DNA of 64,000 nt, taken from IMG/VR virus record IMGVR_UViG_3300036790_000265, positions 1 through 64,000 of that record; one strand, 5' to 3'. Of the stretch, positions 1 through 9,395 are shown piece after piece. A program made the translations under genes and the position numbers. Within the stretch, counting starts at the first letter, position 1. Every line of letters starts with the position of its first letter. The notes under the pieces were generated by a model, which was not told where the DNA came from, made no database searches, and worked only from the letters and a program-made list of their open reading frames with translations. The DNA comes from a virus. Its lineage: Duplodnaviria; Heunggongvirae; Uroviricota; Caudoviricetes.

Positions 1-150
1 TGGATGCAGATGGCGGCCCAGTCCTGGCTGGTGCTCACCCTCACCCATTCCAGCACCGACATCGGGTTCGCGGTGGCGTTGCAGACCATCCCGGTACTCC
101 TCCTCGCTCCGTACGGTGGCGTGGTACCGGATACGTTAGGTGTAGCATAG
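1..150 (+). pseudogene. 5' fragment of host MFS-transporter gene, reading frame ends ...LLAPYGGVVPDTLGVA*; disrupted by element insertion
   Basis: Frame-1 translation WLVLTLTHSSTDIGFAVALQTIPVLLLAPYGG matches the TM1-loop-TM2 signature of MFS_3 transporters, then diverges and stops just before the serine recombinase. Confidence 0.4.
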
Positions 151-155
151 GGCGC

Positions 156-1676
156 ATGGAACGGCCTGGCAACATCCGGGGCGGCCTTCGCGCCGGGATC
201 TACGACCGGGTGAGCAAAAAGCCCACTGGCAAAGAGGCACGCTCGGTGGCCAGCCAGAACAAGGCCAACCGTCTCGCATGCAACCGCTACGAATGGACGG
301 TGGCAGCCAAGTACGCCGACCCGGGCGTCTCGGCGTCCAGGCACGCCAAGACCAAGCGCCGCGACGACTACGAGCGGCTGCGCGATGACGTGCGAGCCGG
401 CACGCTGGACGTGATCGTGTTCTGGGAATCTTCCCGCGGCGACCGGAAACTGGGGGAGTGGGCGTCGTTCCTGGATGACTGCCGGGACCACCACGTCTTG
501 ATCTACATCACCTCCCACGACCGGCTCTACGACATGTCCCGCAGCCGGGACCGGCGCAGCCTCGCCGAGGACGGGGTGGACTCCGAGTACGAGACCGACA
601 AACTGTCCGAGCGCGTCACGCGCGGGCTGAACACGAGCCTCGAACTCGGCCGCCCACACGGCGTGACCCCGTTCGGGTGCGTCCGCACATACGACCGGTT
701 CCGCAACCTCGTGTCTCAGGGGCCCGACCCGGCAACAGGGTGGGTGCCCCGCGAGGTGATCACGCGGGTCGCGGACATGGAACCTGTCTCGGCGATCCGG
801 AAAGATATGGCCGCCCGCGGTGCGCCGACCGCCCGCGGCGGCCCGTGGACAGACGCGCTGGTGCGCAAGTTCGCGTTGAACCCTGCCTACGCGGCCCTGC
901 GGATCGGGCCTGACGGGGAGTTCATCGACGGGATGCAAGGCTGGGAGCCGGTTGTCCCCCGGGATGTCTGGTTGCGTGCCTACCAGCGGGTGACGTCGAA
1001 CCAGCACGGGAGCTGGCACCCGGGCGCGAAGCACCTTTACCTGCTGTCGTACCTGGCGATGTGCGGGAACTGCGGCGGCCCGTTGCGCAGGCAACCGGTC
1101 CGGGGCCTGGAGATGTACAGCTGCAAAGACAACTCGTGTGCGTCGATCAAGATGGAGTGGCTTGACGCGTACGTGCTCGGGCGCCTGTGCCGGCTCCTCG
1201 ACGACCCGGCGTTCTGGGCCGAGTTGCTGCGGGAGGACGACGGGCCGGTGAAAGCAGCCCGCGCGAAAGTGGCCGGGCTACGACTCCAGTTGCAGGGTTT
1301 TGAGGCCAAAGCCATCGAAGGCGAGATCGACCCGGAATCGTTCGCGACGATCTCCAAAGGACTTCGGGCCAAGATCAGGGAGGCAGAAGGCGGCGTTACC
1401 CCAGTGACCGTGCCAGCGCACCTGATCGCCCTTCATGAGGACGATTCGGGGACGTCGGTCCGCGAACTGGTGGAATCCTGGCCGCTCGCTACCCGGAAGG
1501 CGACCCTCCGCGATTTCTATGACGGGGTGATCCTCCTGCCGGCTGGAGGACGCGGCCGGCAGGCTGGGTTCAACCCGGGCCGGGTGCTGCTCGTCCGGAA
1601 GGGTCAGCCGGTGTGGGGAAGCGGCGCGACTCGTCAGGCAGCGTCTTGGGTTCGGGTGGTTGAGGCGGCAGCCTGA
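156..1676 (+). CDS. large serine recombinase (phage integrase type)
   Basis: N-terminal resolvase domain (GIYDRVSKK...S nucleophile region), recombinase domain, zinc ribbon CGNCGGPL..C, C-terminal coiled coil; 506 aa. Confidence 0.9.
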   Translation: MERPGNIRGGLRAGIYDRVSKKPTGKEARSVASQNKANRLACNRYEWTVAAKYADPGVSASRHAKTKRRDDYERLRDDVRAGTLDVIVFWESSRGDRKLGEWASFLDDCRDHHVLIYITSHDRLYDMSRSRDRRSLAEDGVDSEYETDKLSERVTRGLNTSLELGRPHGVTPFGCVRTYDRFRNLVSQGPDPATGWVPREVITRVADMEPVSAIRKDMAARGAPTARGGPWTDALVRKFALNPAYAALRIGPDGEFIDGMQGWEPVVPRDVWLRAYQRVTSNQHGSWHPGAKHLYLLSYLAMCGNCGGPLRRQPVRGLEMYSCKDNSCASIKMEWLDAYVLGRLCRLLDDPAFWAELLREDDGPVKAARAKVAGLRLQLQGFEAKAIEGEIDPESFATISKGLRAKIREAEGGVTPVTVPAHLIALHEDDSGTSVRELVESWPLATRKATLRDFYDGVILLPAGGRGRQAGFNPGRVLLVRKGQPVWGSGATRQAASWVRVVEAAA

Positions 1677-1912
1677 TCCGCCGCGGGCCCGGGTTCGGGG
1701 AGCTTTCCCAGGAGCCGATGGTAGGCGAGCGCGTGTCTCACGCTCGGCCGCCGGACGCCGGATTCCCACTGCGACACGGTGGACGGGGCGACGTCGAGTG
1801 TTGCGGCGACGTCGGTCTGGGTGATCATGGCGGCCTCGCGGCGGGCGCGGGCGGTCCCGTTCCCCAGCTCAATGCGGATCTGCGCTACGGCAGTCAGTTC
1901 GGATTGCTTCAC
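1634..1912 (-). CDS. XRE-family HTH transcriptional regulator
   Basis: MITQTDVAATLDVAPSTVSQWESGVRRPS is a classic Cro/CI HTH. Confidence 0.7.
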   Translation of the reverse strand: MKQSELTAVAQIRIELGNGTARARREAAMITQTDVAATLDVAPSTVSQWESGVRRPSVRHALAYHRLLGKLPEPGPAADQAAASTTRTQDAA

Positions 1913-2034
1913 ACGATCATGTTACGGATCGTGCGTCAGATCGAAAACAGTCGATTCACGAGGTAATCACATCCGTGTTACTCTAGTTACCGGGAATGTA
2001 GATTCCCGGTAGTTGACCCCGTTTCGGAGGCCCC

Positions 2035-3033
2035 GTGAGTGATCTTGAAATCGTTCCGCACAGCGACCTCGCCGCAACATCCGCGACACCACTGCGGCGC
2101 CGCGACGAGAACCCGTACTGGGTGTACCTCGCACGGTTTAGAGGCGAGTCCGAGCGCACCATGCGACGGTGCCTCGACCGGATTGCGGCGATCATCCTCA
2201 GCCGCTCCCCCGCCGACCCTGAACATGATCTTGGTGAGCAGATCCCGTGGGAACAGATCCGCTACGCCCACGTGGCCCGGCTCCGGTCCGAGTTCGCGGT
2301 GCAGTGGCAGTCGCCCAGCAGCGCGAACAAGCACCTGTCCGCGCTGCGCGGCGTACTCCACGAAGCGTGGCGACTCGGGCTGATGACCGCTGAGGACTAC
2401 CAGCGGGCCATCGACGTCGAGAACGTCAAGGGCAGCCGCCTGCTGGCCGGCCGGAACATCCACGCCGACGAGACCACCGCCATGCTCCGCGTCTGCCTGG
2501 CCGACGAGAACGCCCCGCTCGGCATCCGCGACGCCGCACTGGTCGCCGTGCTCCAGTCCACCGGCATCCGCCGCGCTGAGGCCGCAGCCGCGCTGATCGA
2601 GCGGTACGACCCCGGTGAGCGTGGGCTCAAGCTTGTCGGCAAGGGCAACAAGGAACGGATCGTGTTCATCCACCCGGGCGCGGTTCCCTACCTGGATGGG
2701 TGGCTTGTCCTGCTCGGTGTACGCCGCGGCGCGATGTTCCGGCGCGTCGACCGGTGGGGCAACATCGGTGCTGAGCGGCTGAGTGCGCGGGCGATCGGCT
2801 ACATCGTCAACCATCGCCGTGAGCAGGCCGGGCTGCCGAAACTCTCAACGCACGATTTTCGCAGGACTTTCATCGGCGACTTCATCGATGCCGGCGGTGA
2901 CCTTGTGCAGGCGCAGAAGCTCGCCGGGCACGCGTCGGCCACGACTACGGCCGCCTACGACCGGCGCCCAGACCGCGCGCTGCGTACGGCTGTGGACAAA
3001 CTGAGCCTGCCCCCGAGGGAGAAGCTCCGATGA
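2035..3033 (+). CDS. tyrosine recombinase / integrase (XerC/D-like)
   Basis: C-terminal catalytic box LSTHDFRRTF...LAGHASATTTAAYDRR (R..HxxR..Y). Confidence 0.85.
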   Translation: MSDLEIVPHSDLAATSATPLRRRDENPYWVYLARFRGESERTMRRCLDRIAAIILSRSPADPEHDLGEQIPWEQIRYAHVARLRSEFAVQWQSPSSANKHLSALRGVLHEAWRLGLMTAEDYQRAIDVENVKGSRLLAGRNIHADETTAMLRVCLADENAPLGIRDAALVAVLQSTGIRRAEAAAALIERYDPGERGLKLVGKGNKERIVFIHPGAVPYLDGWLVLLGVRRGAMFRRVDRWGNIGAERLSARAIGYIVNHRREQAGLPKLSTHDFRRTFIGDFIDAGGDLVQAQKLAGHASATTTAAYDRRPDRALRTAVDKLSLPPREKLR

Positions 3034-3048
3034 GTAATCCTTGTAGTC

Positions 3049-3069
3049 GGCCGATGAAGGGGATCGGCC
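3049..3069. terminator. hairpin GGCCGAT-n7-ATCGGCC downstream of the integrase; possible bidirectional terminator
   Basis: 7-bp perfect inverted repeat between convergent genes. Confidence 0.3.
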
Positions 3070-3070
3070 T

Positions 3071-3217
3071 CTAACCGAGCAGCGCCCCCGCGATCGTGCC
3101 CAGGGTTGTGGCCGTCTTCGGGGGCACGCCCATCTGCTCGAACACGTCGGTCGCGATCTGGTCAACGACCCATCCGACAACGGCACCGATCAGGATGCCG
3201 ACGATTTTCTTCTCCAT
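3071..3217 (-). CDS. small hydrophobic protein (48 aa)
   Basis: MEKKIVGILIGAVVGWVVDQIA... has a predicted TM helix; not in the ORF track (below 60 aa). Confidence 0.3.
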   Translation of the reverse strand: MEKKIVGILIGAVVGWVVDQIATDVFEQMGVPPKTATTLGTIAGALLG

Positions 3218-3378
3218 GGATCTACGGTACTCGGCTGTGCTGACATCCCCGGGCGCCTCAACGCCCGGACATGGGCGGCACGGCAGCCCAAAGAATCTTG
3301 GTCTGGTGCGTGGGGTAACTGCGGGCCAGCGACCTATGAGCGAGCGAACACAGCTACAACCCGGGCGCGCAGGGTCTT

Positions 3379-3669
3379 CTATGCTTCGTCGGCCCCTCGA
3401 TCTGGATCATCAGGGTGCCGCTCGGCGCGCAGCATGTACTTGAGGATGCTCTGCTGGCACTCGGTGAGGGCCTGTAGCAGTTCGATGTCGGTCAGGCCGT
3501 GGTCGCGCTGGAACTTGTCCACGAGTATCTTGAGCTCGGCGCGCGCCTGGTGGGCCCGATCGGCGCGGGGGTGCTCGTGGAGTTGCGGTGGCCCGACGAG
3601 CATCCGGGCGATCGGGCCGAGCCCTTGTAGCGATGGGTGCGGTAGCTCTTGCCTCTCGCGGTCGCTCAT
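3379..3669 (-). CDS. hypothetical protein
   Basis: ORF with ATGA overlap to the downstream gene; start chosen at an internal Met. Confidence 0.4.
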   Translation of the reverse strand: MSDRERQELPHPSLQGLGPIARMLVGPPQLHEHPRADRAHQARAELKILVDKFQRDHGLTDIELLQALTECQQSILKYMLRAERHPDDPDRGADEA

Positions 3670-4151
3670 TGCACCAGCCTGCACGACGGGCAGAACAGCT
3701 CTACTGTGCCGTGGGCGATCCGGACGTCCAGAGCCGCGCACCCTTGCGCGCACCACCCGTACGTGCACGCGCGTTCCACCTCGGCAGCGGTCACCGGACC
3801 AGCGGCGGCGAGTACCCGGTCCAGGGGCGAGTTTGAGGGTGGCCACCACTCCCCCGGCTTGTAATCCGGGTGCTTGTCCCAGATGCCCGTGAGGTAGCGC
3901 AGGTGCTCACGCCACACGTCTTCGTGGTCCGGGCCGCCCCAGGTGTCCTCAACGATCGCGCGCACGGCTTTGACCACTGCGAGCACGAGTACCGGATCGA
4001 CAGCCTTCCAGAACTCCTCGGCGGCCGGGCCACCGGCAGCGGTGAAGTCTGGTATCCGGTCTGGTATGCGGGTCGCGAAGAACAGGCCGTTCGCCCGTTC
4101 CTCCAACTCGGCGAGGCGGGCGTGGACGAAACCGGCCGGGCCCGCGCTCAC
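3666..4151 (-). CDS. hypothetical protein, C-terminal CxxC..CxxC
   Basis: GTG start in a GTGA overlap with the upstream gene stop. Confidence 0.4.
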   Translation of the reverse strand: MSAGPAGFVHARLAELEERANGLFFATRIPDRIPDFTAAGGPAAEEFWKAVDPVLVLAVVKAVRAIVEDTWGGPDHEDVWREHLRYLTGIWDKHPDYKPGEWWPPSNSPLDRVLAAAGPVTAAEVERACTYGWCAQGCAALDVRIAHGTVELFCPSCRLVQ

Positions 4152-4378
4152 GGCTTTCCTTTCCCGTGGTGGCGCAGCTTCCACCACAGGAGCGAGATCC
4201 CTCGGATCCGGTCCCATTGCGGGCCCCAGAGGAGGTTGTACGCCCGGCGTCGCCAGTACGCCCCGCAGGTCGCGCATCGCCACACGCTGCCGGGTGGGCC
4301 GTCTCCGTGGGTGCGGGCGTAGCAGTCGTGATGGTAGGGCGCGGTGTAGACCATGCGGCCTGCTTCCCGGTCAGGCAT
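4148..4378 (-). CDS. hypothetical protein
   Basis: ORF in the coupled gene array. Confidence 0.35.
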   Translation of the reverse strand: MPDREAGRMVYTAPYHHDCYARTHGDGPPGSVWRCATCGAYWRRRAYNLLWGPQWDRIRGISLLWWKLRHHGKGKP

Positions 4379-4856
4379 CGGGTTCCCACTTCCACGCGGA
4401 GCGGCACGCGCAAAGCCAGACATCCCCGGCTTGGAGGTCACCGTCTACAAGCTCGGGAGGGGTGCACTGGCAGGTCCGCGTCCAGGTGCCGTCCCACCGC
4501 CATTGACCGGCGCGGGGGCCAGCCCAGGACAGCGGGCCGAGGCCGCGGCGACGCCACGCCACCCGGGTTTCCCAGCACGGAGCCGGCCCGGTGTTTCCCG
4601 GGCCGGTGTGCATCATCGTGTGCTCGTCGTAGCTCAGCGGCCGGTCGCCGCGCATCCACAACGCCTGGTACACCGATGCCGCGAACGACTCCCATGACGG
4701 GTCGGTGGCGAGCAGGGCGTTGAGGGCGGTGTCGGAGTCGCGGAACCATCCTTGGCTTACGTCGTCGTGGGTGGCGAACGGTGGGGCCGAGCAAGGCGAG
4801 AACGAGTAGTAGCTGGTTACGGGGCAGCGGTACACGGTCACGCCGCAGGTGATCAT
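4371..4856 (-). CDS. hypothetical protein
   Basis: ORF, Trp-rich. Confidence 0.4.
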   Translation of the reverse strand: MITCGVTVYRCPVTSYYSFSPCSAPPFATHDDVSQGWFRDSDTALNALLATDPSWESFAASVYQALWMRGDRPLSYDEHTMMHTGPGNTGPAPCWETRVAWRRRGLGPLSWAGPRAGQWRWDGTWTRTCQCTPPELVDGDLQAGDVWLCACRSAWKWEPDA

Positions 4857-5260
4857 GCCGGGTCTCCGGGGTGCTGGGCGTCTTTCCTCTCGGCCGGGCC
4901 AGTGAAATCGTTCCAGTCGCCGTCTCGCAGCGCCGCGGCCTGCGACTCGCTCAGGCCGGGCCAGTCTTTCGGGAGCACGACCGGTGGTGGTGGCCGGAAT
5001 CTCAGCAGGTCTGTGATCCGTTCGTCCTGCTGCATCCGCAGGTCAGCGTCGGCGGCCGAGGGGTGGCCGTACAGCAGGCAGCGGAGCACCCGCTCGGCGG
5101 TTTCACGGGGCACCTGCTCGTCGTCGAGGATCACCTCCAGGCGGCCGAGCATGTCCCGCAGAATCGCCCACTCCCACTGGTATACCGCGTCGCGTGCCCC
5201 GTCTCTGGGCAGACCGGTGCGCTCAAAGTAGCGTTCGATCAGGTGGGCAGTGAAGCTCAC
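4853..5260 (-). CDS. hypothetical protein
   Basis: ORF, ATGA coupling. Confidence 0.45.
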   Translation of the reverse strand: MSFTAHLIERYFERTGLPRDGARDAVYQWEWAILRDMLGRLEVILDDEQVPRETAERVLRCLLYGHPSAADADLRMQQDERITDLLRFRPPPPVVLPKDWPGLSESQAAALRDGDWNDFTGPAERKDAQHPGDPA

Positions 5261-5487
5261 GGTGTACCTCCCACATCGGCCGGGTTCAGCCTGTACTCAT
5301 GGGCGAGCCAGCAGTAGCGCAAGGGCCCCAACAGGGCCCAGGCGCACCAGCAGCCAGCGGCCAGGGTGTGCGGACGGTAGCCGCCGCCACCCGGGCCACC
5401 GGTCACGCAGATCGGGCAGATCGGGCAGGGGCACTCCTCGGCCAGGAAGGCGGCGAGGCTGGACTCTGGCGCGGCGACGGTGGTCAC
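5257..5487 (-). CDS. small Cys-rich protein (CPCPICPIC)
   Basis: ORF, coupled. Confidence 0.35.
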   Translation of the reverse strand: MTTVAAPESSLAAFLAEECPCPICPICVTGGPGGGGYRPHTLAAGCWCAWALLGPLRYCWLAHEYRLNPADVGGTP

Positions 5488-6077
5488 AACGGCAGACCCC
5501 GCGCGGCGGCGTCCTCACCGTAGAACCGGGTGCAGGGTCCGTAGTAGGGCGGGCCGGCTACGCAGCTCGGCGCGCTGCCGGGGTTGTCGGGGTCCGGGTC
5601 GGGGTGGTTGGTGCAGTCGCAGCAGTTGCAGCGGCAGGGTTCGAGGTGGCCGCGTTCGAGGTGGCATCCGTGCGAGCCCCAGTAGACCCGGCACGGTTTG
5701 AAACCGGGCGGGCGCGGAGGCGGGAACGGTACTTCGATCGTGACCGCTGGCCACGCCTCGGCGAACTGGATAGTGGCGGTCGGGTCTGGGGCTGAGATGT
5801 CGGTCCAGGTCGTAGACGGCTCGGTGCCTGTGCCGGCGACGGTGATCTGGTGGCCGATCGCGCCTGGTTGCTGTGTGATCCGGGCGGGCTTGTTGCCTGC
5901 CATCAGTCCGCAGGCCCGCCAGAGCCGTAGGGCGGCCGAGGCGTGGTTGTGCTCGAGCAGCCAGCTACCCGCCTGGCCGATACGGCTGTTGAACCATCGC
6001 CGCGTCCGGGACGGCTGCCCGGTCACGCTAGTCGCCTGACTGGGACAGTCAGAGCCAGATCGACCATGTAGGACCAC
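5484..6077 (-). CDS. hypothetical Cys-rich protein (start uncertain)
   Basis: ORF; CRCNCCDC cluster. Confidence 0.35.
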   Translation of the reverse strand: MVLHGRSGSDCPSQATSVTGQPSRTRRWFNSRIGQAGSWLLEHNHASAALRLWRACGLMAGNKPARITQQPGAIGHQITVAGTGTEPSTTWTDISAPDPTATIQFAEAWPAVTIEVPFPPPRPPGFKPCRVYWGSHGCHLERGHLEPCRCNCCDCTNHPDPDPDNPGSAPSCVAGPPYYGPCTRFYGEDAAARGLPL

Positions 6078-6385
6078 GGCTCATCCTTGTTCGTCCACAC
6101 CTTCAGCTGCGGGCGGGCGGTCGGCAGCAGGTCACGCTCGACCATCTCGAACGCGACCCGGCGCCGCATCTCCCGTTCGACGTGGGCGCGGAAGTCCGGG
6201 TTTTCCCATAGGTCTCGCACGACCGACATGCGGTCCTCGATCTCGTCGTCGTGCGCGGCGAGGACCGCGGCGGCGATGTCGTCGAGCGCTTCCATCGGCA
6301 GGAGCAGTTTGTGCCGGGCGGCGGCGGTGAGCGCTGCGAGCTGGGTCTTCGTCAGAGTGTCTCGGACGGTCACCGGCCGCTCCAT
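6023..6385 (-). CDS. hypothetical protein
   Basis: ORF; internal Met start chosen. Confidence 0.35.
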   Translation of the reverse strand: MERPVTVRDTLTKTQLAALTAAARHKLLLPMEALDDIAAAVLAAHDDEIEDRMSVVRDLWENPDFRAHVEREMRRRVAFEMVERDLLPTARPQLKVWTNKDEPWSYMVDLALTVPVRRLA

Positions 6386-6736
6386 TCGTGGGGCAGCGCG
6401 ACCAGGTGGTAGTCGTCGAAGCGGTACCAGGCGACGGCGAACCACAGCCACCACACGCGGACGCTGCGGAGTTTGCTCCACCGGTTGACGTGCCACCCTG
6501 GCCGCCAGTTCACCTCCCGGTCCAGGCACAGGGTGATCGTCACGGCGCTAGCCTCCTCGACCATTTGATCCGCTGCCCGATCCACCAGTCGCGTACCGTG
6601 TCCCGCCGCGGCGCAGGCTTGTCGAGCGGGCGCAGGCCGTACCGCTTGCGGGCTTCGCGGCAGCTAATGAACTCGCCTTGACCGCAAGGGCTTCCGTAGA
6701 CGCGCCAGCCTGTCTGCTGGGTACGGCGTGGCCACC

Positions 6737-7924
6737 TCACGTGATGACTCCCCACCGGACGGAACTGTCCGCGATCGCCACAACCGGGTAACCGGCATGC
6801 ATGGTCAGCGCGCCCCATAGGTTCTCGCGTACGGCGATAGCCCGGACCTGGATCGACTTCCGGGCCAGCCGGTCCAAGAGTCCTTCGATCTCGCCCCGGA
6901 ACTGCCACCAGGACGGGACCTGCCACATCGGCTGTTCCGCGATGATCGCCCGCGCGATCAGCTCATCCGCTCCCCCACCAGACAGGCCAGCCCTGAGCTT
7001 CCCAATGACCAGTTGCCCTACGTCACCGGCTGGTTCGGGGGCGGTCAGCACTCCCCATTCCAGTGCTGATGTCGCGACACGGATCACGGAATGGCCACAC
7101 GCTGTGACGAGGCCGGGTCGGAAGCCTTCCCGCATCACGATCCCGGTTACCGGGATGGCGTGGACCGCGAGCTCGTCCAATGCGGCCCACATCTTGTCGC
7201 CCTCATTGGCAGGTGGCGGCTCCTGCGGCGGTACAGGGGTAACAGCGAACCCGGTCATTCGCCGGTGAGCGCGTACTTCGGGGTGTTCTTCCCACGCCCG
7301 GGTGAGCGTGTCGGGCAGCCCGAACGCGTCCGCGATCTCGCCGGCGACCCGGCGTGCCTGCTCGGACCGGGCAGCAGCGGCCCTGGCCTTGTCAGCGGCC
7401 ATATGCCAAGCGCGGCCAGCCTGGAACCTGTTGGCGTACTTGCCAGCGCAGGCGGCGAGTTGGTCGAACTCGGCGGCCAGTTCGAGGAGCGCGATCGTGC
7501 GGGCGGCCGACCTAGGCAGCATCAGCGGCACCTGCGGCGGTTCAGGCTCGCCGTGCTCGATCGTGACCAGGCCCAGGCGGCGGCGCACGTCGTCGAGCCA
7601 CGCCTGCCGATCGGCGACCTCCTCGTCCCGGTCGATGACCGGGAGCCCCCACAGCGTCGCCGGCCAGCGGAACACGCGGCGCAGCGGGTGCCGCACGTTC
7701 TCGCTCTGGTTGATCGCCTCGGCCAGGGCGTCGGCGAGTTGGTGTGCCGAGTCGCCGTGGTACAGGCCAAGGGTGCCGACGTAGAAGTTGTCACCCTCGT
7801 ACAGGTCCACCGAGCGGTCGGAGCGGCCGGGGCGCAGCGTCAGTTTGCCAGTGCAGCTCTCGGTGACGCCGTTGACTGTTCGCTGGTGGAGTATCGGGAT
7901 CTCGCGGAACCGTTGGCTTGCCAT
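6737..7924 (-). CDS. hypothetical protein (395 aa)
   Basis: Long ORF; start at MASQRFREIP; no recognisable motif. Confidence 0.5.
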   Translation of the reverse strand: MASQRFREIPILHQRTVNGVTESCTGKLTLRPGRSDRSVDLYEGDNFYVGTLGLYHGDSAHQLADALAEAINQSENVRHPLRRVFRWPATLWGLPVIDRDEEVADRQAWLDDVRRRLGLVTIEHGEPEPPQVPLMLPRSAARTIALLELAAEFDQLAACAGKYANRFQAGRAWHMAADKARAAAARSEQARRVAGEIADAFGLPDTLTRAWEEHPEVRAHRRMTGFAVTPVPPQEPPPANEGDKMWAALDELAVHAIPVTGIVMREGFRPGLVTACGHSVIRVATSALEWGVLTAPEPAGDVGQLVIGKLRAGLSGGGADELIARAIIAEQPMWQVPSWWQFRGEIEGLLDRLARKSIQVRAIAVRENLWGALTMHAGYPVVAIADSSVRWGVIT

Positions 7925-7926
7925 GA

Positions 7927-8274
7927 TCAGGTGGGCTGTCCTTCCTGGGGGACGGGCATGGCGCCCCACGCTTCCTGGTAGCCGGGCCGGTACCGGTAGC
8001 CGCTAGCCATGAGGCGGACCGTAGGGCAGGGCAGGTGCTGAAAATCGCACACGACACACCACGCGCCTCCGATGGCAGAGTCGGGGTCACCTAGATGGCG
8101 CTCCAGGATGGCCAGCTTTGCCTCGCAGTCTGCGATCACATCCTGCGGGCCGTGGCGGACGATGTGGCGGATGGCGTGCTCGCGCTTCTCGCCGAAGCCG
8201 CTGGTCTCGGCTATCTTCTTGTCGCCTTCGATCGTGGCCCGCAGCCACGCCACCGGGTAAAAGGCTGGCGGCAC
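7927..8274 (-). CDS. hypothetical protein
   Basis: ORF, coupled. Confidence 0.45.
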   Translation of the reverse strand: MPPAFYPVAWLRATIEGDKKIAETSGFGEKREHAIRHIVRHGPQDVIADCEAKLAILERHLGDPDSAIGGAWCVVCDFQHLPCPTVRLMASGYRYRPGYQEAWGAMPVPQEGQPT

Positions 8275-8277
8275 GGT

Positions 8278-9045
8278 TCAGGCCGCCTTGAGGCAGGGCA
8301 GGACCGGGATGGCCTCGGCCAGCCAGTTACCAGGCTCGGCCGCGAACCGGGGAGCTGGCATCGGTAGCCAGTGCGCCCACGGCAAATCGGTCTCGGAGGT
8401 GATACGGCGGCAGATGCGGCCGCGGCGGGCCCCTTCCGGGTAGTCGTTCCAGTTGATCCCGGCTTCCTGCCACAGCAGCTCTTGCATCTGGTCGCCGTTC
8501 AGGCCGTGGAGCCGGCTGTGCGAGAAGCAGGCTTGGGCGGCCATCGCGATCGAGTTCCGTACCGCGTCGCGTTGCCGCCACAGGAAGTAGTTCGCCACCT
8601 CGACCGCGCTGGGGATGGTGAACACCCGCCCGTCGAACATGGCCGGATGCGGCGGCAGCGCTTGCACCAGGCCGGGGATGGTCCGGGCGCGGTCGTTGAA
8701 CGTTGCGGTGGCCAACGCGGCGGCCGACGACGCGATCTTCTGGACGTTCCCGCCGAACCACGGTTCGGTTTGGAAGGTGGCGAAGTCGGTGAGCAGCAGC
8801 GACACTTCGTCGGATTGCTGGTAGGAGAACACGGTCCCGCTGATCTGCGAGCACAACGCGACAGCAACCAGGTTGATCGCCTGCATGACCCCGTAGTCGA
8901 ACGGGCGTTTAGCCTGGCGCAGGTAGGTGTGGAACGCGCGGCCGTCGACGCGGATGATCGTGTAGGTGCGGCGTGGAAGCACCTGCCGGGTTGGGGTCTC
9001 GTAGGCCTTCATACGGTCGCCGAGGGCTGTGCTGTCACTGCTCAA
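8278..9045 (-). CDS. Thg1-like protein (tRNA-His guanylyltransferase family, 3'-5' nucleotidyl polymerase)
   Basis: YTIIRVDGRAFH, QQSDEVSLLL and FDGRVFTIPS...YFLWRQRDAVRN align with Thg1 motifs VVVRLDGRNFH, GQSDEYSFVF and FDGRVVVYPS...YLSWRQADCH. Confidence 0.8.
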   Translation of the reverse strand: MSSDSTALGDRMKAYETPTRQVLPRRTYTIIRVDGRAFHTYLRQAKRPFDYGVMQAINLVAVALCSQISGTVFSYQQSDEVSLLLTDFATFQTEPWFGGNVQKIASSAAALATATFNDRARTIPGLVQALPPHPAMFDGRVFTIPSAVEVANYFLWRQRDAVRNSIAMAAQACFSHSRLHGLNGDQMQELLWQEAGINWNDYPEGARRGRICRRITSETDLPWAHWLPMPAPRFAAEPGNWLAEAIPVLPCLKAA

Positions 9046-9395
9046 ACGATCACGCTCGCACTCCCGGGATGGGGCTCGTAGGGGTTATCGCGGCTGTCGG
9101 TCACGTTGATGAGCGGGGCCGTGCAGGTCACCACCACCGGTTCCCCCGGCCCGACTTCATGCTTGAGGGCGAGCGAGTCCTGGTCGTCCACTTCGCTGAG
9201 GTTCATCTGCCCCTGGGCGACGGTGCGCGGGTCTTTCCCGCGGCCGGGGACTGCGCGGACGGTAACCGGGGCGATGATGTCGCCGGGGTCAGAGATCAGC
9301 ATGTCGGGCGGCAACCAGACTGTGATGACGTCGCCGGGTTGCAGGCCGTTCGGGTGACGGGTCACCCACGAGTTGTAAACCTGGTCACTGGCCAC
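9042..9395 (-). CDS. hypothetical protein
   Basis: ORF, ATGA coupling. Confidence 0.4.
   Translation of the reverse strand: MASDQVYNSWVTRHPNGLQPGDVITVWLPPDMLISDPGDIIAPVTVRAVPGRGKDPRTVAQGQMNLSEVDDQDSLALKHEVGPGEPVVVTCTAPLINVTDSRDNPYEPHPGSASVIV

Noticed and set aside
3096-3443. Plus-strand 115-aa ORF after the integrase
   Set aside because: It overlaps the better-supported minus-strand 48-aa membrane ORF and a hairpin-rich non-coding region. It is more likely att/regulatory DNA.
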